18,460 nt of DNA from Tolypothrix carrinoi HA7290-LM1 (GTDB lineage: Bacteria > Cyanobacteriota > Cyanobacteriia > Cyanobacteriales > Nostocaceae). The translations under genes were made by a program, and so were the position numbers. Location of the stretch: positions 1 through 18,460 of the forward strand of contig JAHHIK010000140.1 of the NCBI GenBank assembly GCA_019358935.1, in the 5' to 3' direction. The notes beneath the pieces were generated by a model. It was not told the DNA's origin. It saw only the letters and a program-made list of their open reading frames with translations, and searched no databases. The first letter of the stretch is position 1. Each line of letters opens with the position of its first letter. Positions 1-7,792 of the stretch are shown one piece after another.

Positions 1-2
1 AC

Positions 3-89
3 AAATTGAAAGCCGTTCCTAACTGGCAAAAACGGCTTAGAGAATACGTTGAACGGTTGATAGCTGGACAAACGGGAAATGATGGGTAG
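3..89 (+). CDS. 3' end of a small hypothetical protein entering from outside the window (...KLKAVPNWQKRLREYVERLIAGQTGNDG*)
   Basis: Open frame from 3 to TAG at 87-89. Amphipathic helical pattern recalls small cyanobacterial DNA-binding hypotheticals. The start is not visible. Confidence 0.4.
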   Translation, partial: KLKAVPNWQKRLREYVERLIAGQTGNDG

Positions 90-102
90 GCTTGTCCAGA
101 TA

Positions 103-273
103 TTAGCGAACAGCAACTAACCCCTTTGTAGTCATTGGAGCAACAATCACGGTAGCAATATGGCGGTTCATCTCGTCTGGCGAAATAATTACACAGGGGC
201 GCGTTTTCTGAATTTCACTGCCAATAGTGGGATCGAGATTAACTAGGAAAACATCAAAACGCTTAACTACCAT
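103..273 (-). pseudogene. mazF: Truncated MazF/PemK toxin (56 aa, N-terminal half only)
   Basis: Not in the ORF track. My translation is MVVKRFDVFLVNLDPTIGSEIQKTRPCVIISPDEMNRHIATVIVAPMTTKG-LVAVR*. LDPTIGSEIQKTRPCVIIS is the PemK/MazF signature. The ATG overlaps the mazE 3' end. Family likeness stops after TTKG, about half the usual length. Confidence 0.88.
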
Positions 274-527
274 TCCCACTCGACCCGATCCCAGTCTGTT
301 GTATTAACATCATCTAGCAAAACATCATCATCTCGCTCTGCCATTGCTGCAAAAGCTTCATCCCACCCAACCCGTAATCGTGGTGCTGCGCGAATAATTA
401 AGCGATCGCCATGAACCTCAATTTCCACCTCTGTGTGAATACCACTTTGTTCTAATAAGGGTTTGGGAATACGAACACCTTGAGAATTGCCGATTCTCAC
501 AATTCGGGTTCTAACAGCTGCGCCCAT
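267..527 (-). CDS. mazE: AbrB/MazE/SpoVT-family antitoxin
   Basis: RIVRIGNSQGVRIPKPLLEQ swapped-hairpin motif, acidic C-terminus ending EWEW, and position directly upstream of mazF. Confidence 0.9.
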   Translation of the reverse strand: MGAAVRTRIVRIGNSQGVRIPKPLLEQSGIHTEVEIEVHGDRLIIRAAPRLRVGWDEAFAAMAERDDDVLLDDVNTTDWDRVEWEW

Positions 528-659
528 GTTTAGCTCTGTGAGTGAAAAGATGGTAATTACATTGTAGACACAGATGGAGAAATTCTCAAGTGCAGCAAAA
601 AGATAAGCTAGAGCTAGATAACCGCGATCGCGCTTATGTTCTATGTGTATATGCGATCG

Positions 660-1223
660 CTACTCCAAAAGCCAAGCAAATAAATTTCCCACTGTCAGCT
701 GAACTTCACTCGCAAAACTTGGCACGGGAATTAATGCATCTGGTTCATCAAACACCTCAATTTGTTGGTTCGGACGATAAACAAACACAGTTCGCTCATC
801 TGGATCGATCAACCAACCCATTTCAGTCTCATATTTCAAGCAATGAAGAATATTTTTCGTCACTTTTGTCTGACTTTGGTCAGGTGACAAAATTTCAATA
901 GTCCAATCTGGAGCAATAGAGAATGTGTTAGCAACTTCTCCATTTTCGTCACGCGGAATTCTGTTCCAAACAAAAACGGCGATATCGGGTACAGTTGAAC
1001 GACCACCAAAAGTGCAACGCAACTCAGGAAACGCACGAGCTATGCGTTTCGGCTTGACTACAGCATTAATAGTGGGTACAAGTTCACCTTGAATCGTACT
1101 GTGTTTGCCCTGTGGCATGGGTTTTTGGATAATTTGACCATCAAGATACTCACTGGCGGGTTTCGTTTCTGGTAATTGCAGAAACTCCGCCAATGTCAGA
1201 TTTTTGGTTACAGCTTGTACCAT
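660..1223 (-). CDS. Uma2 (DUF820) family putative restriction-endonuclease-fold protein, 187 aa
   Basis: LTLAEFLQLPETKPASEYLDGQIIQKPMPQGKHS, VPDIAVF and PDWTIEILSPDQ motifs. The likely start is MVQAV at 1223; the longer ORF-track start overlaps the opposite gene. The stop codon overlaps a HIP1 site at 653-660. Confidence 0.92.
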   Translation of the reverse strand: MVQAVTKNLTLAEFLQLPETKPASEYLDGQIIQKPMPQGKHSTIQGELVPTINAVVKPKRIARAFPELRCTFGGRSTVPDIAVFVWNRIPRDENGEVANTFSIAPDWTIEILSPDQSQTKVTKNILHCLKYETEMGWLIDPDERTVFVYRPNQQIEVFDEPDALIPVPSFASEVQLTVGNLFAWLLE

Positions 1224-1359
1224 TTTCGGCTTGCCTCTTCCTATTGTATTTCTAATCTCAGCACAATGATGCTTGATAAGAGAAAGACCTGAATGTTTTA
1301 ATGCAATACAGTAGTTGTTGTAAGTTAATAGTTTTGGCTGATTGTTGCAATTGAAAGTT

Positions 1360-1659
1360 ATGCAAAATACATTATTCGATAAAATCTTCCGTGACAGCGA
1401 TGGCAATATTGTTATAGCTCAGATGCCAAATCTACCAATTATTCTCTGGGTAACAGCTAGTTTGCTCAAACTAGTTTTTCCAACAGGCGAAATTAATACA
1501 GGGTTAGACGCACTTGCTTTTGGCTCTTTGTTTACTTGGGCGTGGCTAGAATTATTTCAAGGCGTTAATTATTTTCGTAGGGCACTAGGTCTTGGCGTGC
1601 TTATTGCTGTTATGGTGTCAAGAACTGTGGGTATTGATGTACTTGGTTTCTCTCTTTGA
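1360..1659 (+). CDS. Small hypothetical membrane protein (about 99 aa, roughly 3 hydrophobic segments)
   Basis: ATG at 1360. The FRDSDGNIVIAQMPNLP...WAWLELFQGVNYFRRALG pattern with hydrophobic helices looks like a real conserved hypothetical. Confidence 0.75.
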   Translation: MQNTLFDKIFRDSDGNIVIAQMPNLPIILWVTASLLKLVFPTGEINTGLDALAFGSLFTWAWLELFQGVNYFRRALGLGVLIAVMVSRTVGIDVLGFSL

Positions 1660-1843
1660 TGACAGGGGTGATGATGCTTTTCGCACGTCAGGTATGTTTG
1701 AAACTGATTATAGGCGATTATGCTTGGTAAATCAGCCTTATAGCAAAGCGCGGCGATCGCTATGGACTCTATATCTATGATGCGATCGCTAGCTCGACAA
1801 AATTCAAAACCCAATTTACTTTCCAGGTGCGATCGCAAGCTAC

Positions 1844-1904
1844 CTGCCCATCTATTGTTAGTAGATCCTTATAAGTAAAAATGGTTGATCGTGTTGGGTT
1901 GTGC
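1844..1904 (-). repeat. attC-like site copy 1 (minus strand: GCACAACCCAACAC...ATAGATGGGCAG), flanked by HIP1 at 1829-1836 and 1935-1942
   Basis: The ends ACCCAAC and GATGGGC are near-complementary and resemble the RYYYAAC / GTTRRRY integron core boxes. Both halves recur at 2872-2973. Confidence 0.45.
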
Positions 1905-1969
1905 AAAGCAATTGCCAAAAATATGTTAGTCAGTGCGATCGCTTAGGATAAATAAAAAAGGATTAAGTG

Positions 1970-2302
1970 ATGCAACTAGAAGAATACTTCAATTTTCTTG
2001 CACCGAATGATATTCGGCTTAATGGTACGCGCATAGGTATTGAAACTATCCTTTACGAGTATATTTATCGCGATCGCACGCCAGAAGAAATCGCACAAAT
2101 TTATACATCGCTTACCCTCGAACAAGTCTATGCGACGATTTTGTATTACCTCCACAATAAAGAAGCCGTGAGTAATTATATTACTGACTGGCTAGAGTCG
2201 GGACACAGAATGCGAGAAGAACAACGACGCAACCCTTCACCTGTTGTACAGAAATTAATCCAATTCAAAGCAGAAAGAGAAGCGATGAAAAAAGGCAAGT
2301 AA
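1970..2302 (+). CDS. DUF433-domain protein (antitoxin of DUF433/DUF5615 pair)
   Basis: IRLNGTRIGIETIL...TPEEIAQIYTSLTLEQVYATILYY is typical of DUF433. AAGGA lies upstream, and the stop overlaps the next ATG (TAATG). Confidence 0.9.
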   Translation: MQLEEYFNFLAPNDIRLNGTRIGIETILYEYIYRDRTPEEIAQIYTSLTLEQVYATILYYLHNKEAVSNYITDWLESGHRMREEQRRNPSPVVQKLIQFKAEREAMKKGK

Positions 2303-2872
2303 TGCTTAAGTATTTAATGGATGAAAATGTAAATCCAGTTTATTTGAAGAAAGGCAGAGGGCAGGAGGCAGCTATGCTGAAGGAGCAATCGGATGGGGAT
2401 TCAAACCCCAACCGATTGAATCCACCGTGTAGACGGTGGGGTTTTATACCCAGTTGGCTCCAGCCAGAAGGCTGAATCAAAGACATAATTTATACCTTCT
2501 GCCCTCTGCCCTCTGCCTTCTGCCTTCCGCCGAAGGCGGATAAATCAATTACGACGAAGAAAACCTGATGAAGCGTAATTCGTGCAATAGGAGAACCAGA
2601 TACACCTTTGAAGGGAACTTTAGACCCGGAAATTCTTACATGGTGTGAAGCACATAATTTTATATTGGTAACAAATAATCGTACTTCTATGCCTGTACAC
2701 TTAGTTGACCACATAAATACAGGTCATCATGTACCGGGTATTTTTATACTCAACCCTGATATGGGTATTGGTGAGACAATTGAAGAATTGATTTTAGTTT
2801 CTGAAGCTTCTTTTGAAGAAGAATATCATTCCGCAAATTATTAATCTACCAATTTTGGGAATGAGGTTATGA
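2302..2872 (+). pseudogene. DUF5615 family PIN-like toxin, disrupted by a ~196 bp insertion and two frameshifts
   Basis: Reconstruction: MLKYLMDENVNPVY [insert 2344-2539] INQLRRRKPD [shift ~2573] VIRAIGEPDTPLKGTLDPEILTWCEAHNFILVTNNRTSMPVHL...EEEY [shift ~2833] QIINLPIL. The DEN, DPEIL and LVTNN PIN motifs are present. Confidence 0.88.
2344..2539. mobile_element. MITE/REP-like composite palindromic insertion
   Basis: Interrupts the PIN gene between Y14 and INQL. It has inverted heptamer arms (GGCAGAG-type 2351-2371; CTGCCCT/CTGCCTT 2495-2527) and hairpins at 2386-2418, 2422-2439, 2461-2474 and 2526-2540. Confidence 0.75.
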
Positions 2873-2973
2873 AGTGAAGATGGTAGATAGTGTTGGGTTG
2901 TGCTTTGGTGGTCAAAAATAGGAGATATGCGATCGCACTATCGGTTTGTGCGATCGCGTTTCTGCCCATCTAT
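2872..2973. repeat. Second copy of the cassette-boundary motifs enclosing two HIP1 sites
   Basis: 2872-2903 matches 1873-1904 at 28/32 nt. CTGCCCATCTAT at 2962-2973 is identical to 1844-1855. HIP1 occurs at 2929-2936 and 2950-2957. Confidence 0.75.
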
Positions 2974-2974
2974 A

Positions 2975-3523
2975 CTAGAGGCTTTCTTCCGTCCGCTCTA
3001 ATGAGGTTTTATGCCGCTGGGTTGGTTGTGGGTAAGGCTTGGCAAAGGTGAAAGATTCAGGCGAGTCCCCCTGTAACCCAAGATACTCCAGCTTTGCTTT
3101 GCCCTCTTCTACGGTTGGTAGACAACCAACAGGAATCCACCACATAGCGAAATGCTCTCCTTGATATTTCTTAAACCATTGACGACGGCGGGTAAAAAAC
3201 TCACCATGCAAACTTTGGTAAACGTATGCTTTTAGATATTCCACACTCTGCCATACAGATAAATTAACGAGCATTCTTGGATCGGGGTACGTGCGAATAT
3301 CAGTAGCATTGCCAGAAGAAGTTTGTAATCGCCAAATAAAGCCCGGACTTTGATCTGCAACCGCATTTACCTTGCTAAGTGCAGTAGCAAACTCAACCAT
3401 AATCGGCTCTTCTAAAGAAGCCTTCATCAGGGCTACATTGATTTGTGCAAGGTAATATCCTTCTTGCTGCAATAAATTAGCTTTTTCTAGGGTCATAGTT
3501 TTCAGTCTTGCTTTAGAAACCAT
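2975..3523 (-). CDS. DUF3291 domain protein
   Basis: YYLAQINVA, VNAVADQSPGFIWRLQ, VNLSVWQS, RRRQWF, MWWIP and SFTFAKPY motifs. The start is ATG 3523 or 3496; the ORF-track extension overlaps araC. Confidence 0.85.
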   Translation of the reverse strand: MVSKARLKTMTLEKANLLQQEGYYLAQINVALMKASLEEPIMVEFATALSKVNAVADQSPGFIWRLQTSSGNATDIRTYPDPRMLVNLSVWQSVEYLKAYVYQSLHGEFFTRRRQWFKKYQGEHFAMWWIPVGCLPTVEEGKAKLEYLGLQGDSPESFTFAKPYPQPTQRHKTSLERTEESL

Positions 3524-3542
3524 GACCTGAAGTATCCAAGAA

Positions 3543-4388
3543 CTAAAACTGATTTGTCTTGGACGATATTGACATACTGCGGTAGCGACCTGGTGTGATT
3601 CCCATAATTCGCTTGAAGTGACGAGTGAGGTGACTTTGGTCTGACATACCAACGGCGTAAGCAACATCAACAACTGAATTACCTTGGGCTAGAAATTGCT
3701 TCGCTTTTTCCACACGGATCTGGTTTAGGTAAGTTAATGGTGGCATTCCTACAGCTTTACGAAACACACGAATCAAGTAGAAACGGTTCAGGTTTGTTAG
3801 TTCTACCAGTTGTTCCAGTGAGATATTGGATCTGAAATTATCGTGTAGATACTCTTTAATCAACCTAACAACACGTTGTTGTTTGCAAGGGTGGACAGGT
3901 CGAATTTTGATATCAGTATAACGGGCAAGGCTCGTTGATAAAACTTCTATTAGTAAAGATTCTTTTTCTAAGCGATCGTGCGTTTGTTCAAGCGCAACAT
4001 GAAGATAATAGATAATTCTTGCTAAACTCTCATCTTCAACAACTGCTTCCTTAAAATAAGGAAATTCATACGCTTGCATCTCTCCACTTAGTTGTTGGAT
4101 GAGATTGACACTCGGATACAGCATACGATAGGTGAGTGGCAGATCATTGGCAGAGTAGCCTGTGTGAACTTCCTCTGGATTCATAAAAACGATGCTGCTT
4201 GGCTTTGCCAAGTAGGTAGAACCTCGATAAAAGTTACCGCCCACCCCAGACTCGATAAGACCTATTGAATAGGTTGGGTGAAAATGACGAGTATAGGTGT
4301 GATAGATCGCTTTTGCCCGAAACAATTCTAGGTTATCGAACTCTGGAACTGACCAAAATTTTGTACCCTCATGAGTCGAATAATCCAT
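3543..4388 (-). CDS. AraC-family transcriptional regulator (cupin-like sensor plus double HTH)
   Basis: N-terminal RHFHPTYSIG...PEEVHTG and C-terminal RVFRKAVGMPP...VAYAVGMSDQSHLTRHFKRIMGITPGRYR. Confidence 0.95.
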   Translation of the reverse strand: MDYSTHEGTKFWSVPEFDNLELFRAKAIYHTYTRHFHPTYSIGLIESGVGGNFYRGSTYLAKPSSIVFMNPEEVHTGYSANDLPLTYRMLYPSVNLIQQLSGEMQAYEFPYFKEAVVEDESLARIIYYLHVALEQTHDRLEKESLLIEVLSTSLARYTDIKIRPVHPCKQQRVVRLIKEYLHDNFRSNISLEQLVELTNLNRFYLIRVFRKAVGMPPLTYLNQIRVEKAKQFLAQGNSVVDVAYAVGMSDQSHLTRHFKRIMGITPGRYRSMSISSKTNQF

Positions 4389-4434
4389 GTCAATAGAACA
4401 GATTGAAGCAGTTTTCGTTTCTGGATATTATTCT

Positions 4435-4477
4435 ATGGAAGAACGCCCGAAAAAGCTGCTGGATTAGGTGCGCGATG
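4435..4477 (+). pseudogene. Remnant of the N-terminus of an integron-integrase-like tyrosine recombinase
   Basis: ATG GAA GAA CGC CCG AAA AAG CTG CTG GAT TAG GTG CGC GAT = MEERPKKLLD*VRD. This matches my recollection of the PKKLLDQVRD start of IntI-type SAM-like domains, with a CAG>TAG nonsense change. It is divergent from the cargo genes and only 14 codons long. Confidence 0.65.
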
Positions 4478-4624
4478 ACTTTATCGTTACAAAACGCATC
4501 TGGAAGCGAAAGAACCCAGGATAATAAAGCATAATTAACATCTATAGCTAAAAGCTATCAGCCACAAGCCACAAGCTAAGATGCTGACTGCTCAAGGCTT
4601 TTAATTCAACTTAACAAATTGACT

Positions 4625-5647
4625 ATGAATCCAGAACAAGTCAAAAATTCTCTAAATATCTCACCAGCGATACGTGTGGGAGTGCTGGGTTTTGGCGGAT
4701 TAGGACAAGCTGCCGCTAAAGTACTCGCTGGTAAACGGGAAATGATTTTAGTCGCAGCAGCAGACAAAGAAGGCTACGCTTACACCGCAGAGGGTTTAAA
4801 TGCTCAAAATTGTATTACAACTTATAACTCTCAAGGTTCGGTGGGTTATTTAGAACCAACTGGTACTTTAACAAATCGCAGTATTCAGGAATTAATCGAA
4901 AGCGCTCATTCTGTAGATGGGTATTTTCTCGCTTTACCAAACCTACCGAATAACTTTATTGCCTCTGTAGCGCAGGAGTTTATTAAATCCGGTTGGCGTG
5001 GGGTGTTAGTGGATGCGATTAAGCGCACCAGCGCGGTAGAACAACTGCTGGCGATGAAAGAGGAATTGCAAGCTGCGGGAATTACTTATATGACCGGGTG
5101 TGGTGCAACACCAGGATTGTTAACCGCTGCCGCTGCATTAGCCGCGCAAAGCTACGCGGAAATACATAAAGTTGAAATTACCTTTGGCGTAGGAATTGCT
5201 AATTGGGAAGCTTACCGTGCCACGATCCGCGAAGATATTGCCCACATGCCAGGTTACAGTGTAGAAACTGCCAGAGCAATGACTGATGCAGAGGTAGAAG
5301 CATTGCTGGATAAAACCAATGGCGTGCTGACGTTAGAGAATATGGAACATGCCGATGATGTGATGTTGGAATTGGCAGGGATAGTGGAACGCGATCGCGT
5401 TACAGTTGGTGGCATAGTCGATACCCGCAATCCCAAAAAGCCCCTCAGCACCAACGTTAAAATCACTGGTCGCACCTTTGAAGGGAAAATTTCCACCCAT
5501 ACCTTCATCTTAGGCGACGAAACCAGCATGGCAGCAAATGTCTGTGGACCAGCCTTTGGCTATCTCAAAGCTGGTATGCAATTGCACAAACGCGGCATTT
5601 ATGGAATATTTACCGCTGCGGAAATTATGCCCCAGTTTGTTAAGTAA
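4625..5647 (+). CDS. bioU: BioU, cyanobacterial suicide enzyme replacing BioA in biotin synthesis
   Basis: Rossmann motif [29 protein letters not shown] (amino-donor Lys), [18 protein letters not shown] and a C-terminal MPQFVK closely resemble Synechocystis BioU. The start is ATG 4625 (TTG 4619 alternative). Confidence 0.9.
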   Translation: MNPEQVKNSLNISPAIRVGVLGFGGLGQAAAKVLAGKREMILVAAADKEGYAYTAEGLNAQNCITTYNSQGSVGYLEPTGTLTNRSIQELIESAHSVDGYFLALPNLPNNFIASVAQEFIKSGWRGVLVDAIKRTSAVEQLLAMKEELQAAGITYMTGCGATPGLLTAAAALAAQSYAEIHKVEITFGVGIANWEAYRATIREDIAHMPGYSVETARAMTDAEVEALLDKTNGVLTLENMEHADDVMLELAGIVERDRVTVGGIVDTRNPKKPLSTNVKITGRTFEGKISTHTFILGDETSMAANVCGPAFGYLKAGMQLHKRGIYGIFTAAEIMPQFVK

Positions 5648-5654
5648 TAGTTAG

Positions 5655-5683
5655 GTAGAGACGTTCCAACGGAACGTCTGTAC
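5655..5683. terminator. REP-like palindrome GTAGAGACGTTCC-AAC-GGAACGTCTGTAC between convergent genes, probable terminator
   Basis: 13-bp stem with one mismatch starting just after the bioU stop. It begins with GTAG, as REP-type repeats do. Confidence 0.6.
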
Positions 5684-5752
5684 GGGAAAAGCGGAGGAGC
5701 GGAGTTAGGAATTTTTAACTTTTCACTCCTCACTTTTAACTCCTAACTTGTT

Positions 5753-6310
5753 CTAAGTTGATGGACTTTCTGGAGAGAAAACTTCTAACATATTTTCCTC
5801 CGGCAGTGATTCTGGCGTTTGAATTATAAATGGCAGACATGCGCCGACAAGACCGCGCTTAATGCGTTCTGGTGTCTCTGCAAACACCACAAACAAAGGA
5901 TATATACTATTTATTCCCTCATTCAAAATATGGTTGTAACGTGGAGGCATGAGCCATTGATATTCTTTATCTAGGCAAACTTGAGTTTGTCTCCAGCGTC
6001 CCAATAACTCAGAAAAGTCTTCGTGGGGACGATGAATGAAAACCAAAATTTCCACACCGCTTTTGATTTTCCACTCCGGGTCGCACATTAAAATTGCCAC
6101 ATCACAAGGTAGGCAAATAGTCGTTTTTTCTGCTGAGGTGTTGCAAAGACGGACAATTGGTAGAGGAATAGTGATAACGCTTTCATCTGGACGGCGTAAA
6201 CTGGGAATCATTTCCAAGTATGGTCGATGCTGCTTTAGGAGTGCGATCGCCGACAAGGAATTGCTATATTCAGCCAAGCTAGTTTCGTAATAAGATTTTT
6301 GCACAAGCAT
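5753..6310 (-). CDS. Conserved cyanobacterial hypothetical protein downstream of pilC
   Basis: 185-aa ORF with protein-like composition (LLKQHRPYLEMIPSLRRP, LMCDPEWKIK, FIHRPHEDFSELLGRWR). Function not recognised. Confidence 0.8.
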   Translation of the reverse strand: MLVQKSYYETSLAEYSNSLSAIALLKQHRPYLEMIPSLRRPDESVITIPLPIVRLCNTSAEKTTICLPCDVAILMCDPEWKIKSGVEILVFIHRPHEDFSELLGRWRQTQVCLDKEYQWLMPPRYNHILNEGINSIYPLFVVFAETPERIKRGLVGACLPFIIQTPESLPEENMLEVFSPESPST

Positions 6311-6321
6311 AATTTAATAAA

Positions 6322-6440
6322 TTAGTTATGAATTAGGAGTTAGGAGTTAAGAATTAATAATATAATTTATTAGTTAGAAGTTAAAAGTTAAGAATAAAGA
6401 CTTTTAACTCCTAACTCCTAACTCCTAACTCCTAACTTTT
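6322..6440. repeat. STRR heptamer array (TTAGGAG / CTCCTAA) in inverted arrangement
   Basis: TTAGGAG-type units at left and tandem AACTCCT units at about 6406-6437. Confidence 0.85.
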
Positions 6441-6446
6441 AATCAT

Positions 6447-7667
6447 CTATCCCAGCTTTTCAAATACCTTAAACAGAGGCAGGTACATCGCCAGCAAAAT
6501 TGTCCCAACCATTCCCCCTAGAACCACAATCATAATTGGTTCCAAAATGCTGGTTAGTGCTTTTACTGCCTGCTCGACTTCATCTTCATAAAAATCGGCA
6601 ACTTTCATCAACATCCCATCTAATTCACCAGTTTCCTCGCCGATACTAATCATTTGAATTGCCATAGGCGGAAAAACTTTTTCTTTTTGCAAGGCAATGC
6701 TGATCATACCTCCTTGTTGAATTTCGACACGCGCTGCATCAATAGCATTAGCAATTACTTGATTTCCTGAGGTGTCGCGGACAATTTCCAAAGAAGTAAG
6801 AATTGGTACACCTGAACGAGTCAAAGCACCAAAAGTCCGGCTAAAACGGGCAACTGCGGATTTTTGGATTAAGTCACCAAATAACGGCATTTTCAGAGAA
6901 AGGCGATCGATAGTTTGGCGACCGACAGCAGTTTTGTAGTACTGCTTATAGGCAATTGTTACACCGATAACAACGCCAAATATAAGAAAAATTCGCCAAC
7001 TTCTCAAAATTTCACTACAATCCATCAAGAATTGCGTTAGAGGAGGCAATTCAGTGCCTAAATCTTTAAAAATACCGGCAAAAATTGGGATCAGAAAAAT
7101 CGTCATCCCCAGAAAAATTGCAGTTGCCAAAAAACCTACAACCATTGGATAAGACAACGCTGATTTAATTTGGTTTTGCAATCGGGCAACATCTTCCAAT
7201 AACTTTGCCAAACGATTCATTACTTCATCTAAAACACCGCCAACTTCACCCGCTTGAACCATACTGACATACAAACCATCAAAACATTGAGGATGCTTCC
7301 GCATCGAGTCAGAAAGATTCATACCGTTTTGGACATCAGCGCTAATGTCTATCAGCGATTGTTTTAGTTTAGGATTAGTACATTGTTCAGACAGCACCCC
7401 CAGACTTCTAACAATTGCTACTCCCGCATTGATTAGAGCCGCAAATTGACGAGAAAAGACAGCTTTATCCTTAACGGAAACCTTAGTCATTGCTGTCTGT
7501 AATTTGTTCAAGTCAAAGCTGCCGAAACCTTGAGCTTGTTTAAGTTCTTGAACTACAAAACCCTGCTGTCTAAGAGTAGTACGTGCTTGCGCCACCGATT
7601 CCGCAACAATTTTTTCTGTTCGCGATTTTCCTTGAGAATCTCGAACACGAGCAACAAAGTTTGGCAT
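6447..7667 (-). CDS. pilC: Type IV pilus platform protein PilC (GspF family)
   Basis: FSRQFAALINAGV, VQAGEVGGVLDEV and IGEETGELDGML define two T2SSF domains. Lies downstream of pilT. Confidence 0.97.
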   Translation of the reverse strand: MPNFVARVRDSQGKSRTEKIVAESVAQARTTLRQQGFVVQELKQAQGFGSFDLNKLQTAMTKVSVKDKAVFSRQFAALINAGVAIVRSLGVLSEQCTNPKLKQSLIDISADVQNGMNLSDSMRKHPQCFDGLYVSMVQAGEVGGVLDEVMNRLAKLLEDVARLQNQIKSALSYPMVVGFLATAIFLGMTIFLIPIFAGIFKDLGTELPPLTQFLMDCSEILRSWRIFLIFGVVIGVTIAYKQYYKTAVGRQTIDRLSLKMPLFGDLIQKSAVARFSRTFGALTRSGVPILTSLEIVRDTSGNQVIANAIDAARVEIQQGGMISIALQKEKVFPPMAIQMISIGEETGELDGMLMKVADFYEDEVEQAVKALTSILEPIMIVVLGGMVGTILLAMYLPLFKVFEKLG

Positions 7668-7684
7668 GGATTATATAGATTTTG

Positions 7685-7786
7685 GATTGGTAATTGAGAA
7701 TTGGGAATTGAGAATAGGTAATTGGTAATTGATAGAACCTATTTTCGCGTTCCCCATTACCTATTACCTATTACCCATTACCTATT
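7685..7786. repeat. STRR heptamer array (GGTAATT / ATTACCT) in inverted arrangement
   Basis: Tandem heptamers between pilT and pilC with complementary arms. Confidence 0.8.
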
Positions 7787-7792
7787 GTTAAA

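Noticed and set aside
590..901. 103-aa plus-strand ORF
   Set aside because: Antisense shadow of the Uma2 gene with no recognisable motif.
1569..1838. ORFs 1569-1838 (-) and 1592-1780 (+)
   Set aside because: They overlap a better gene and run through a HIP1-rich junction. They could be remnants, but nothing is recognisable.
2608..2844. 78-aa ORF as an independent gene
   Set aside because: It is the middle fragment of the disrupted DUF5615 gene.
1873..2903. 32-nt direct repeats as CRISPR repeats
   Set aside because: Only two copies, 999 bp apart, enclosing whole genes.
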